From assembly GCA_964234715.1 (NCBI GenBank), contig OZ174282.1: a stretch of DNA of 64,000 bases; one strand, written 5' to 3'. A program made the position numbers and the translations under genes. The notes beneath the pieces are model-generated. The model was given only the letters and a program-made list of their open reading frames with translations, ran no database searches and had not been told where the DNA came from. Below, in pieces: positions 51,196 through 63,350 of the stretch (position 1 is its first letter; each line of letters starts with the position of its first letter). Source of the stretch: Podarcis melisellensis. Taxonomy: Eukaryota.

Positions 51196-51838
51196 CGGTA
51201 CGGAGAGAGTAGAGAGAAATAAGTTTTAATTCCCTCTCTCACAACACTGCAACTCATGCACATGAAATGAAATGAAGGCTGGAAGATTCAAGACAGATAC
51301 AAGGAAGTCCTTCACACAGTGCAAAGTTAAACTATGGAACTTGCACCCACAGGAGGCAGTGATAGCCATCAACTTGGGTGGCTTGCGCTGGTCTTTGACC
51401 ATAATAAATTATCTATCTATCTACTTGGGTGGCTTTCAAAGAGGATCCGACAAATTCATGGAGGAGAGGGCCATGAATTGTTACTAGTCATGATGGCTAT
51501 GGTCAGCCTTCACAAAAGGAGGCAGCAATGCTTCTGAATACCAGTTGCTGGAAACCACAGGAAGAGAAAGTTCTCTTGTGCTCAGGTCCTGCTTGCAGTG
51601 TTCCCATATGGTTATGTGGTTGGCCACTGTGATAACAGAATGGTGGACTAGATCAGGCATAGGCAAACTCAGCCCTCCAGATGTTTTGAGACTACAATTC
51701 CCACCATCCCTGACCACTGGTCCTGTTGGCTAGGGATGATGGGAGTTGTAGTCCCAAAATACCTGGAGGGCCGAGTTTGCCTATGCCTGGACTAGATGGG
51801 CCACTGGTTTGTTCCAGGAGGCTCTGCTTATGTTCTTA
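51196..51838 (+). mobile_element. CR1-type LINE 3' part with two nested insertions
   Basis: GRFKTDTRKSFTQCKVKLWNLHPQEAVIA...DKFMEERAMNCY*; tail gcttatgttctta. Confidence 0.88.
51654..51789. mobile_element. Foldback hAT (Charlie-like) MITE with 8-bp TSD
   Basis: TIRs caggcataggcaaactc / gagtttgcctatgcctg; exact TSD gactagat at 51646-51653 and 51790-51797. Confidence 0.95.
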
Positions 51839-52557
51839 TCTAAGGAGCACATCCGTGATGTTGCTTTTGAGCAACCCTCCAAATACAGAGCAGATCCAAC
51901 TCTCCTCCACACGTGGTGACAATATTTTTGTTTAAAATAAACAAATATTGTGCCTAAATGAAAGGAGAAGCTACCCACATAGCGAAGAATTTTAAGGGAG
52001 GAAAAGAGAAGAAAATATTGGGCATGGAGGGAAGCACAGAGGGAAATATTCCAATTCATTTATAAACAATGAGGTTTGCTTTCCTGCCTCGCCAGCATAA
52101 TTCCCCTTTGCTGACAAGATGCTAGTTTCAAGAATTATCAGCAATTGTCAGGATGAGTCCGTTTTATGTAAATGGAATCGTTATTATTAATTTCTGCTGG
52201 TGCTGAACGATTTATGAAGTGCTTTTGGATATAGAAACATGATTCATGAATCAGAAGGGCGGGTGGGGGAATGTTCAAAAAGATCCTGAGTTGATAAATA
52301 ACATCTCTCATTCATGATTCCTGCCCATGGAGTCTTTTATCTTCAAGAAAGGAGATTGCTCAGAACAAGGAAATGATGATATGCCAACACCCCTTAAAAA
52401 AATGAAAACAAGAAAGCAAGCAAAGGACTGAAGAGGCAAAGTAAGGATGCAAAATATGTGGTCCTCCAGATTGAACCTCATTCCCCCCCCCCATGTCATT
52501 GGCCATGCCAGCTGGGACTTCTGGTAGCTGGAACATGGAGGGCTACATTCTATAAAC

Positions 52558-52922
52558 ATAGAGAGAGTTGGGTATGTTTAGCCCAGAGAGGAGAAGACTG
52601 AGAGTTTATAGCATAGCCAATTTTCAGATATATGAATGGTTGTCACATGGAAGGCGGAACAAGCTTCTTTTTTGCTGCTGCAAAGGGAGGGGGTGGGTCC
52701 AGACGGTTGGATCCAAGAAAGGAGGTTCTGACTAAACATCAGGAAGAACTTTTTAACAGTGGGATGGATCCTTTCGGAAGGTGGTGAACTCTCCTTCAGC
52801 GGAGATTTTTAAGCAGAGCTTGGATGGGAGATTCTGTAACTGTGATTCCTGTATGGCAGAGAGTTGGACTAGATGACCACTGGGACTCCTCCCAACTCTA
52901 TAGTTCCGTTATTCTATATGAT
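52558..52922 (+). mobile_element. CR1 LINE 3' fragment
   Basis: gagttgggtatgtttagcccagagaggagaagactgag...ctaaacatcaggaagaacttt...ccaactctatagttccgttattctatatga. Confidence 0.82.
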
Positions 52923-54454
52923 TTACCCACCTAGATGAGCATTTTCTACTGGGACCAGCATCAGTTCTGTGTGGTTTCAGGAAGAGGTTTCTTCTTGCTA
53001 CATTGTGACATCCTTTTAACAGAAGGTACCAGAGGCAGAGCAGACAAATTGTTACATCTACTCTGGAGCTGTGATCCTTCCTCAAAGAACTGCTGTCATT
53101 CAATAGTGGCGACCCACAATAACATTACTATTATACCTTTAAATTACTGGCAATTTGGGTGCTATATTGTTGGTATGCTGTTGGGCTTGTAGAACAAGGA
53201 ATGTCTTGAAAAAAAACAAGCAACTCATTTCTCATGAAATTCAATCAAAATTCTATAGTGAAAAATACATTAGTCTTGCTCCTTCCTTCCTTCCATTCCT
53301 CTGAAGTTCAGATCCCCTCCAAGTCTATGTATTCCACAGACTGTAGTTTTCTGTCTACTGAAAGATGTAATGGCTGCTCCTTTTATGGGAAACCAAGATT
53401 TAATCCAGTAAGTCTGTACGAATCAATATCCCTGTGAAATGACACCATGTTCGAGTTATTTTATATTATGTTGATGGTTAGCTAATTTTGTAATGGAGAC
53501 ATTTCTTCTGGAAGCAGACATAGTATAATTTAGTGGTAAAAACGTCAATCTTTAAGGGCTGTAGGCCTGCTTCGGAGCAGGAAGAGGGCAGATTTATTGA
53601 TGGAAACGTATCTATATACTCTTTGTGGTCCTTTGACCTATAATATCCATTTTGGTTATAATTTTGTTTTGTGAAAATGACATCAACCACAATCACTAAT
53701 GTAGAAATGACACTGGAATGCTTTGTTCATCTGACCTGATTTAAAAGTCTTGCTGCTGCGTCTACGGTAACAGCTTCTCAATGGAAAATAAATTAAAGCC
53801 CAGATTTTAAGCACTCTTCCCACTTCTGGCATAGAAAGATCGCAGCAAGAGGAAGGAACACATGTGTTGCACAGAGCAAATCCAGATTTGCCACCAACTC
53901 AGCCAGTCACGGCTGAAGGGTATGCTTATGTGATGCACAGGAGAGCAAATTATACTTCTTCCTTTAGATCCACACTTAAAATATCGTAGAGCATTTACAA
54001 ACCCTGTGCTTAGCACTTTCCAGGCATCGGCAATCAGCTGATTTCATTCCACACGAGCAAGGATGGGTCACCTGATGTCACTCTGATTGACAATTGAGTG
54101 ATCCCACCCCCCTGTGAGACTGGGGGTCCGGTGTTCCTCTCCTTGTTTATGGGCTGGATCCAGAGTTTCATGAGAGGAGTTGTTCTAATGTAACAGGGTT
54201 TCTCTCTGTTATAGCATCCCCTCAGATTCACCCCCATCTCCCACCAGAGTCTGCCATCCCAGGACTGAGCCCAGAGCTGCCACATGAATCATGACATCAC
54301 TTTCATGTTTTGTTCAGAGATTTTGTACCACCTTCAGTAAAGTTACTCAGTCAAACAGTTTCACTCCAAGTATTGATCTAAACAAGGAAGATCCATGGCT
54401 CATAGCCCTTGCCAGACCCCTCTTCTTCCATGAATGTTCTTATAATCCATTATT

Positions 54455-54945
54455 CTTGTTACTATTACTATTGCTATTATAATATTTATTTATAAAATAA
54501 ATATTTCCCCGGACTGGGACGCAAGGTGGCTTACGCAAATTAAAATGCAGATAAAATACAGAAAGCTAAAAGCATATAGGTACACTTGTATAAAAGTAAT
54601 TAAACTCTAATAGAACTAAAACAACATACAAACAAATCTATTAAAATACAGGTAGAAAACCCTTTGACAACCCTGTCCTTAAAAAACAGTCAGTTCTGCA
54701 AAGCCTGTCAGAATAAAATAGCCTTCGCCTGCCAGACAAAGGGCGACAAGGGGGGAGCCAGTCTGGCTTCTGTAGGGAGGGAGTTCCAAAGTCTGGGACC
54801 AGCCACCAATAAGGCCCTCTCCTGTGTCCCCACCAAGTGTGTCTGTGAGGGTGGCAGGTGGCAGGACTGAGAGAAGGACCTCCTCTGAAAATCTCAGAGC
54901 CCGGGCAGGTTCATGTAGGAGAATACAATCCTTCAGATAGCATGG
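54455..54945 (-). mobile_element. L2-clade LINE 3' fragment
   Basis: caaagcctgtcagaataaaatagccttcgcctgcc...agggagggagttccaaagtctggg...aaggccctct (reverse of RALL...LWNSLP...LFxQAF). Confidence 0.78.
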
Positions 54946-55564
54946 ACATTAGCAGTGGTCATCACTACACCTTGTGGCAGTGAATCCTGCAAGTTCCTTA
55001 AGCATCATGGGGAGAAGTACTTTTTTATTTTGCCGAGCTTGTTAAAACATTCATTGAGAAGGCTGACTTTTTCTGGATGTTTGGGGAGACTTCTAAGAAA
55101 CACATGTTCTTTATAGGAAAAAGAGAGTGCAAGAGAGGGGACAAGGAAATAGGAAAGAGACATGCACTGTTCATTTTCAGCCAGAGCTGCCGGTGAGCTG
55201 GCTGGATTTTTTTTTCTTTCTTTGAAGGAAACCTGGACACACTCGTAGATCCCCCCCCCACCCTGCTCCTTCCCAGTTTGCCTAAAATTGCTATTTTAGC
55301 TCTGCTGTTTTGCATGGCTTAATATCTCTACAGTATCTCATTCACACTGCTCGTAAAAGATCACATCACAAAAGTGCCTGGAAAATAAAATTTCATTGAA
55401 AGGGGACCCATCAAGTTTAAATGGAGGTTTATATTGCAGCATTATGAGAATAAGGCTTGCACATTTGCAACTCCCCTGGCGGAAAAGTGAAACTCAGAAC
55501 AATTAAAGCCACACAGACATCCTGTCTTGAAAGGCTGCAACAAGCTTTTTAAAAAGCTGTGGTG

Positions 55565-55566
<2 letters not shown>

Positions 55567-55650
<84 letters not shown>
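55567..55650. repeat. (CT)n microsatellite
   Basis: Direct reading. Confidence 0.97.
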
Positions 55651-55656
<6 letters not shown>

Positions 55657-55917
55657 CTGCTGGGCCTGTTCTTCATTTAACTCTGTGTCTTTATTAGCCA
55701 ACAAAATCTTGGCTGCTTCATCATGAGGATGAACCAATGAGTGTGCAAGCAATCTGGTTGTTACTTAAATCCAGAGAATGTTTCGAACTCTTCTTCCCTG
55801 TATGGTAATCCATTATTTAGGTCAGAAATGCCAATCAACATTAGGATGTTATTTATGGAGAGAAGCTCAATATGTCAGATTAGAGGGGGAGGGCACATGT
55901 CTCAGGAAAGTACAAAA

Positions 55918-56260
55918 TGGTGATGGGTGGGAGGATAATTCAATTCAGTTTGCATCTCAGGTGAGCCTTCCTAATTCACAATTTCTGAACCAAAACACAG
56001 GCATCCTTCGAAATTTGCAGCCTGGCGAAATTTGCAATGCAGTTCTCCAACCAAGTAACGTGTACAAAATGCATATACTGGCGTAAAGTGTGCATAAAAA
56101 TGCACATCTTCATGAAACTATTATGCAAAAATGTACTCTATTGAAGAAAATTGGTTTACACAGAAGTGTACATTAGGCAATTTTACCTAGAACAAAATTG
56201 TATATTCAGAGAAATTCTCACTGAAATGCTGGTGAATATTCAACAGATCAAATTTGGTCC
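55918..56260. mobile_element. tagggatgg-terminus DNA transposon fragment
   Basis: gatgggtgggaggataattcaattcagtttgca...aaatttgcaatgcagttctcca; reverse of the 40600-41011 copy. Confidence 0.62.
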
Positions 56261-57867
56261 TAAACAATGAGATGAATTGGTCTGCTTTCTGATGCTATTG
56301 ATACAGATAGCAGTCAAATTTTGTGGCCAGTGCACACCCCTAATGAATATAAGAAAATCAATCAATCAATCATTATTTTTGTATCTATTCCAGGTTAGTA
56401 GGGGAGAGAAAGAAACAACCTTTGTGCATGTCAGTGCACCTAGCAAAGGATTTTGAATCCCTTTGCTGGTGGCTCGGAAAGTAAACCACTGAAAGCAGCA
56501 CCATTGCACTGCATTAGGAAGTCTGAAAAAATCCCATGGTTGCAACTTTTATTTCCTTTTCAGAAGCATCCCATATGCTTTGTTGAATTCTGTCTCTTGT
56601 GCAGGAGAGAGGGGGAGGCCGGGGGGGGGGAGAGATTTATTGTGGAGAAATTAAAAAGAAAGAAAAAAGAAAGAGCTCAGCAATGAGAATTAACCTTGAT
56701 TACTACTGCAATTTACTAATCAAAACTGGAGACCTGCTAATCAAGCCTGAATTACCAGGCACATAATTTTTTTCCTTCTTCTTAAAAAATAGGAACGTAA
56801 CCAAAACTGAAGATTTGGTAAACAAGAGTCTTGATATTGTGATGGAAAGAACATGGGGCATAAGGGCACATTTATTTTAGTGTACAGCACTGGCCTGCAG
56901 TGCCTTTGAAAGTATTCTGCCAGCTTCCAAAGAACTTCAGTGATTTCTGAGCTAGAGCTCTAATCTGCTTTGGGAACAATGACTCATAAAGAATGTCTTC
57001 TTTGACATGAGGCTTCCCATCATTGAGCATCTTCTCCATGGGCCCAGGAGGCTCTGCATTCTGTGATTAGGCTGATGATAACACAGAGAGAGTATTTTCA
57101 GTGGTGGCACCTGAACTATGGAACCTCCTTCCCTTGAGATGTTTTTGCATGGTGTCTGCCCACCTTTCTGGCTGGCATTAGAAATCAGTCTTGTTCTCTC
57201 TTTTATGACACTCCCCAAATGTCCCAGTTTAGGGCTGTGCCAAAAACATGTCTGCAATTTTCTCGAGGGGTTTCTTCTCTTAGAAAAAACGTGGCTACCA
57301 TTTGGCCTCATTCTCAGGTCATTTTGAAATTTGATTGAATTATGACAGGTGCGGGGTTCTGGACTTCTCTTACTACTGCAAGATGGCTGGCAGTAATGTG
57401 TGTTCTTTGCTGCTGCCTCCCTGGCTTCCCACATCTCATTTTCTGAAAAAGCCCTGTGGGGTGAGTTTTCTAATTGAAGTATGGTCATGTGGGAAGGCTA
57501 CAAGGTGCAGACCACAGGTGGCATGAAAGAAAGGGTGCTTACAAACACTTCTGTCTTGCCAAATGCAAGGTGTATCAGAAGTAATACAAAACACAAGTGA
57601 GTGAGAAGATTAAATATTTTATTCTAAACAGCAGGCAATATATACATACCAAGCAAGCACCTCAATCTGCCACTTGGAAGCCCTCAAGAAGCAGCGAAGT
57701 GGCTCCTCAGGTAGCCTCAGGTTGCGTGGCTCTGCGGCCATCAGTCTGTGCATGAGCTTCTCTCTCACTATGCCCAAAACCATCCGATTTATAGATAGCT
57801 AGATAGATAGCCCATGTTGCTTGTCTGACTGGCTACGTGTAGTCATACATTACTGACTACATGCAGA

Positions 57868-57911
57868 TTGGTATCTGAAGAAGTGTGCGTGCACACGAAA
57901 GCCAATGCCAA
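57868..57911 (+). ncRNA. Minimal type I hammerhead ribozyme motif, cleavage site mutated
   Basis: Stem I ttggtat/atgccaa, CUGAAGA-a, stem II gtgtgc/gcacac, GAAA, then gc-ca where gc-uc is expected. Confidence 0.75.
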
Positions 57912-58006
57912 TAAGACACTTAGTTGGTCTCTAAGGTGATCCTGGAAGGAATTTTTTATATTGTTTCGACTATGGCAGACCAACACGGCTACCTACCTGT
58001 AACTAG
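57870..58006 (+). mobile_element. 137-bp Penelope-like pseudo-LTR insertion with 12-bp TSD
   Basis: Exact TSD tacatgcagatt at 57858-57869 and 58007-58018; begins at a minimal hammerhead motif. Confidence 0.8.
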
Positions 58007-58305
58007 TACATGCAGATTATTCATGAGCCACCCTCTCCCAATGCCTCACTTTCTCCAAACAATGTCCAACATCAAAGAAGGTACCCAGCACTATTGCTTC
58101 TTTCCAACAGATTAGGACATTAAACACTGTTCTCAGCCATCAAAGAGCTTAACGAGAGATAAGGATGGGGAAGGAACAGGAGACAGGAAGAGGGCAACCG
58201 AGTTAGATCACTAACTCCTCAAAATACAAGTATCTCCCCGATAGATTGCCCATACAACTTCTTGGCTACTGAAAGTAAGATAAACACTACTGCATCAACT
58301 GTCAT

Positions 58306-58865
58306 GCATCCACAGAAGTCTAGTGTCCTAGTCAAGGGAAGTAATAGCACTACTCTATTCTGTCCAGTTCTGTGTCCAGTTCTGGGGACCACAATTTAAG
58401 AAAGATATTGACAAGCTGGAACATGTTCAGAGGAAAGTGTTCAAGATGATTAAGGGTCTGGCAACCAAGCCTTATGAGGAATGGTTGTAGGAGTTGGGTT
58501 TGCTTAGCCTGGAGAAGAGAAGACTGGGAAGGAATATAAGAGCCATCTTGAAATTCGTGAAGGACTGTCACATGGAAGATGGAGCAAGGTTGCTTTCTGC
58601 TGCTCCAGAGGGGAAGACCCAAACCAATGGTTTCAACAGACAAGGAAGAAGATTCTGACTAAGCATTAGGAAGAACCTTCTGCTGGTAAGTGCTATCAGA
58701 CAGTGGAACAGATGGCTATGGAAGGTGATGGATTCTCCTTCATTGGAGGTTTTTAAGCAGATGGCCATCTGCCTAAGATTTTTAACTGTGATTCCTGCAT
58801 TGCAGGGAACTGGGCTAGATGGCTCTTGGGATCTCTTCCAACTCTACAATTCTGTGATTCTATGA
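58306..58865 (+). mobile_element. CR1 LINE 3' fragment
   Basis: CVQFWGPQFKKDIDKLEHVQR...TKPYEE...LEKRRL; tail ttctgtgattctatga. Confidence 0.92.
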
Positions 58866-58870
58866 CACAC

Positions 58871-59137
58871 ACCTAGCAGTTCAAAAGCACACCAAAAAGT
58901 GCAAGTAGATAAATGGGTACCGCTCTGGTGGGAAGGTAAACAATGTTTCCATGTGCTGATCTGGTTTCGGTGTTCCGTTGTACCAGAAGCGGCTTAGTCA
59001 TGCTGGCCACATGACCTGGGGAAAAAACTGTCTGTGAACAAACGCTGGCTCCCTCGGCCTATAAAGCAAGATGAGCGCAGCAAACCCAGTCATCTGCGAC
59101 TGGACTTAACTGTCAGGGGTCCTTTTCCTTTACCTTT
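58871..59137 (+). mobile_element. 5'-truncated Sauria SINE
   Basis: acctagcagttc...gtgcaagtagataaat...ggggtccttttcctttaccttt. Confidence 0.88.
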
Positions 59138-60924
59138 AGGACACATACACAAAACCCTCCATGTACCTATAAGACTTTCAGCATTTTCTCCCTCTTCCTT
59201 TTCCCCATGCAAACTTCTCTCCTTGATTGATTGATTGATTGATTGATTGATGACTGTTTGTTGTTGTTTTTTACATGCAGGAAATTTTTGGGGGAACAAC
59301 ACTAGTTCCAGCACAGTTCTCAACTCAGAAATGCATATCGAAATGTTTTAGAAAATGCATATTTGTGGTGGGGAAATACATTTGGGAATGTACATTTTAA
59401 GGAAAAATATAATTAAAATGCACATAAATGAGGTGTTGTTTTTTGGTGCGGATATCATTGAATTCTGGGTTGATGTGGGAAGAGGATGCAATTGACTTAT
59501 GAGTGAATAAATATCACAGTGACAGACAAGAAACAGACTGATACATCCATCCCTTTATTTTCTAAATATAAATTCAGAGAGAGTTTTATATATATTGTGC
59601 ATTTAGGACTGCCATACATCCAGGATTTCAAAGGCAGAATTGATGTCCGGGGGGGAGGAAAGGTAATGCTTTGTCCTGGATCTTAGACAAAGCTCAGCGG
59701 TATTGGGGTCTTCCAACAGCTCAACAACCTTCAGAGTGCCCTGGTTTTTATTTTTGAAAAAGGCAATCCCAATACATTAGAACAAAGCAAAATTCAGAAG
59801 TGTTGGTTGAAGGAATGCATCTGTGAAAATAACCCTGGCAAACACCAAGAGAATGGTTGTTGTTTTTTTGTCCAGATGTAGTGGAAAGTCAAAAGTTATT
59901 GTAAAAAGATACAGGAAGAATAGAAACAAGGTCCTAGAAATGCGTGACTAAGTCAAGAAGGAAGGAAGTGTCCAGAGGCAGGGGGAGGTTATGAAGCGAG
60001 GTAGAAAGGAGGGGGAAGCTTTTAAGAAAGTGAATTTTATTTGTGTGTCATTTCCTATGTTTTATTGCCTCTCTCTGGCAAACATCCCACACTTCCATAA
60101 CCCATGCAGCCGAGATGGCAACCGTTTATGACTGAATATGGTTAATGCAACTTTTGTCCGGTTCCCTTCCTACATCTCCTGCCAGCAAGAATGTAATGCC
60201 TGCTGTTTTTTGGTTCAGACCAGAGTTCTGCCTGGTCCGCCATTTTGTTTCTAGAAGGAGCCAATCGGATGTTCATAGATAGTCACTGAGCTACAGTAAC
60301 AGAATCTGGAACTCAGAGGTTATTTCATGAGGGAGGCGATTCTATAAAATCTGTGATAAGCAGGTAGATTTTGTTTGTTTGATTCATTCATTCATTCATT
60401 CATATGGCACTTAGACAGGCCTAAATCAGCTCATGAAATAATTATTAAAGGCAGTAAAGCAGAATGTTGTCCGAAAAGGGTGGATGATCCTGAGTGCGTA
60501 CAGATTTCAAATATTCACAACCTGTTCTTTTGGGGCCTTGGACCAAATTTGATTTACTTTGTGTCATTCAAATATTCAGAGCCAAATGTACACTCCCATC
60601 AACCCTCCTTCACTATCCTGAAGTCTTAACTGGGTGAATTTGGGGTGCCTTGGATTACTTCTGCAAGTCAGGATTCTCTAGCTTTCTCTGGCTTGTGTGC
60701 AGCCATTGATGTAATTTTTAAAATGTCTTCATATTTAATTTAAGAGAGAGAGAGAGACAGAGAGAGAGAGAGGTGTTAAATTGGGGGGGGAGAGATAAGG
60801 ATGTTATGGAAAGAAAGAGAGTGGAGAGCTTTCTGCAGTTCCCTACAGTAATATGTAAAGCATATTTGCATATAGTATGCTGCACTGGCAAGAGGGTGAC
60901 TTTTAATTTTGTGCAATGGAGGAA

Positions 60925-61320
60925 TCTAGAATTATGGAATTATAGAGTTGGAAAGGACCCCAAGGACCATCTAGTCGAACCTCCAGCAATGCAGGAATCA
61001 AGCTAAAGATTTCCTGACACATGGCCATCTGACTTCTGTTTAAAAACTTTTGATTAAGGCGGGCCCACCACCTTCCAAGGGAGCCCCTTCCACCGTTGAA
61101 CAGCTCTTACCCTTGAAGTTCTTCCCAATGTTGAGTAAGAATTTCCTTTACTGCCATTTTAAACCATTGGTTTGGGTCCTCTCGCCTGGAGCAGCAGAAA
61201 ATAAGCTTACCCCATCTTCCATGTACAGCCTTACTGATATTTGAAGATGACTCTCATATCACCTCTCAGTCTTCTCTTCACCTGGCTGAACATACCCAAC
61301 ACACTTCAATGTTCCTTAGA
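60925..61320 (-). mobile_element. CR1 LINE 3' fragment
   Basis: tagagttggaaaggaccccaagg...gaacagctcttacc...ctctcagtcttctcttcacctggctgaacatacccaac. Confidence 0.85.
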
Positions 61321-62096
61321 ATGTCTCCAGACCCTTTATCTAATGCAACTCTTTTGTCAGAGGGAGCTTGTAATGTGACAAACTGTGCAAGCTGTTGTGC
61401 AATGAAGTCCCCAGCAACCTGCTTATGTATTCACTTACCCAGCGATGTTCTGCTGGAGGAAAATATTTCAGCAGCAGAACAAGTATACAATGCACTACAC
61501 TGGGTACAAACCTGGTGTTTGGTTGCCACCAGCACCAGGATCACATGTCTGTAATGGCTCAGTGTTTTGCATAAAGCATTTTCACCTTAACCCAGTGTCC
61601 AGGGTTTTGTATATCACTGGGGGCATCTAATGGAGTTTACAGAGTGGGCACCTTCAGGTGTTTGCCTGAAAACATAAACCATCTATCCACAAATGGGAAG
61701 CAGGAGCTAACACACAAGTCCTGCCCAGGTAGAACCTTCTACAGTAGTCAAGCTCTTCACATGATTGGGGACCTTGATGAAACAGGGTCTCCAGTCATGC
61801 AAGGTGTTCTGTTTGCATTCAAACAGTTATGAGTAGTAGCTCCTTGTGGACCTTCCCCACTGCATGGGGAATGTAACTGAGGGAAGAAGGAGACATGCAC
61901 TAGGATGCTAGGAGCACACCTTTCTCCCCATTCATATGAAACATGTGAAACTGTGATGGGGATGGTGCTTCTTTAAGCATCAAAGAACCCAAGCAATCAA
62001 AGCGTGGCTGCATAGAACATGAGATCCATACAGTACATTTAGAAGCTAGGCTACTGATCACATAGGGCTGCACTAAGTTAAAGACAGTTAGCAGTA

Positions 62097-62346
62097 CAGT
62101 CATACCTTGGAAGTTAAACGGAATCTGTTCCAGAAGTCCATTTCACTTCCAAAACTTTCAGATACCAAAGCCCAGCTTCTGATTAGCTGCAGGAAGCTCC
62201 TGCAGCAAATCGGAAGCCACGGAAGCCCCGTCGGACCTTCGGGTTCTGGGGAACATTTGCAAACTGGCACACTCACTTCTGGGCTTGTGGCATTCGGTAG
62301 CCAAAAGGTCCAAGTACCAAGGCATTCGGGATTCAAGGTACAATTG
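62097..62346. mobile_element. Tc1/mariner-pogo MITE A
   Basis: TA + cagtcataccttg ... caaggtacaattg + TA. Confidence 0.82.
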
Positions 62347-62348
62347 TA

Positions 62349-62567
62349 CAGTGGTACCTTGGTGTAAGAACTTAATCCGTTCCAGAAGTCCGTTCTTAAA
62401 CCAAGGTGTGCTTTCCCATAGCAGTGGGGGACTCAATTTACACTCAACAGGAAGTGGAACTGCTTCCAAGGCAAAGTTCACAAACCAAAACACCTACTTC
62501 TAGGTTTGCAGCGTTCTTAATCCAAGTTGTTCATAAACTAAGTTGTTCTTAAACCGAGGTACCACTG
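62349..62567. mobile_element. Tc1/mariner-pogo MITE B
   Basis: TA + cagtggtaccttggtgtaagaac ... gttcttaaaccgaggtaccactg + TA. Confidence 0.9.
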
Positions 62568-63234
62568 TATACTCATTCCACTGGAGAGATGCATTGTGCC
62601 AGCAGGGTGTTGCTGAGTGAGAGAATGCACAAACAGGTTGCCAGCAACTTAGTTGCACAATAGATTGCTCAGTCTGCTGTGCAACAAATTTCTGATAGTT
62701 GCAACTGTTGCATTGGATTCCTCTATTGTGCAACATTGAAACTCACCCATGCACTGGTCCAAGGGCTGTTAGATACTAGCCATGAGAATCCAAATCATTT
62801 CATAATCTGTCCTCAGCTAAGGATTGGATGGACCCAATTGCACAAAGATGTTAGCACAAATGTGTGTGGCGTTCCCCCACCCCTGGATCCAAATCAAGCA
62901 ATTACCCAGTCCTTGAGTGTGGAAGGTAGAACCTACTCATTGCTCTTCCATTTGGTCATTCCATTCTGTCTATTGTCCCATGTCAGGGATGCAACTGTCA
63001 ACAGATGAGGAAATGGAAAATCAGTATATCTCTGCATTCTGCTCTTGTTTTCATAGAGGGCTTTTGTTATTAGTCTTGCATGTTAAGGGGGGGGGAGAGA
63101 GAGAGAACAAAAAACAAACTTGAATAAGAATGTAAAGAAGATTTGATTTGAGAGGCAAACTGACAACGAAAGAAGATTTCGACTGGGGGGTCTGTTTCTA
63201 TTTATTCAACAATTGAAATCCATGGCAAACACTT

Positions 63235-63350
63235 TTTTAAAAGGAAAAGAAAAGAAAGCACAACATGCAATGGTTTTTATTGAGTTGTACAAAAGAACAG
63301 AAAGCCTCTAACAAATAACAAAAACATTTCACAAATCAATTTTATTGAAA
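63235..63350 (-). terminator. Candidate polyadenylation region of a minus-strand transcript
   Basis: Minus-strand AATAAA at 63346-63341 and 63281-63276; TGTA just upstream of the distal one; U/GU-rich tract downstream. Confidence 0.45.

Noticed and set aside
48929-51196. Long ORFs spanning N runs (also near 19.3-19.8 kb and 31.1-32.4 kb)
   Set aside because: Artefacts of translating assembly gaps.
56952-57488. 178-aa minus-strand ORF
   Set aside because: No motif or compositional sign of coding; plausible by chance in 64 kb across six frames.
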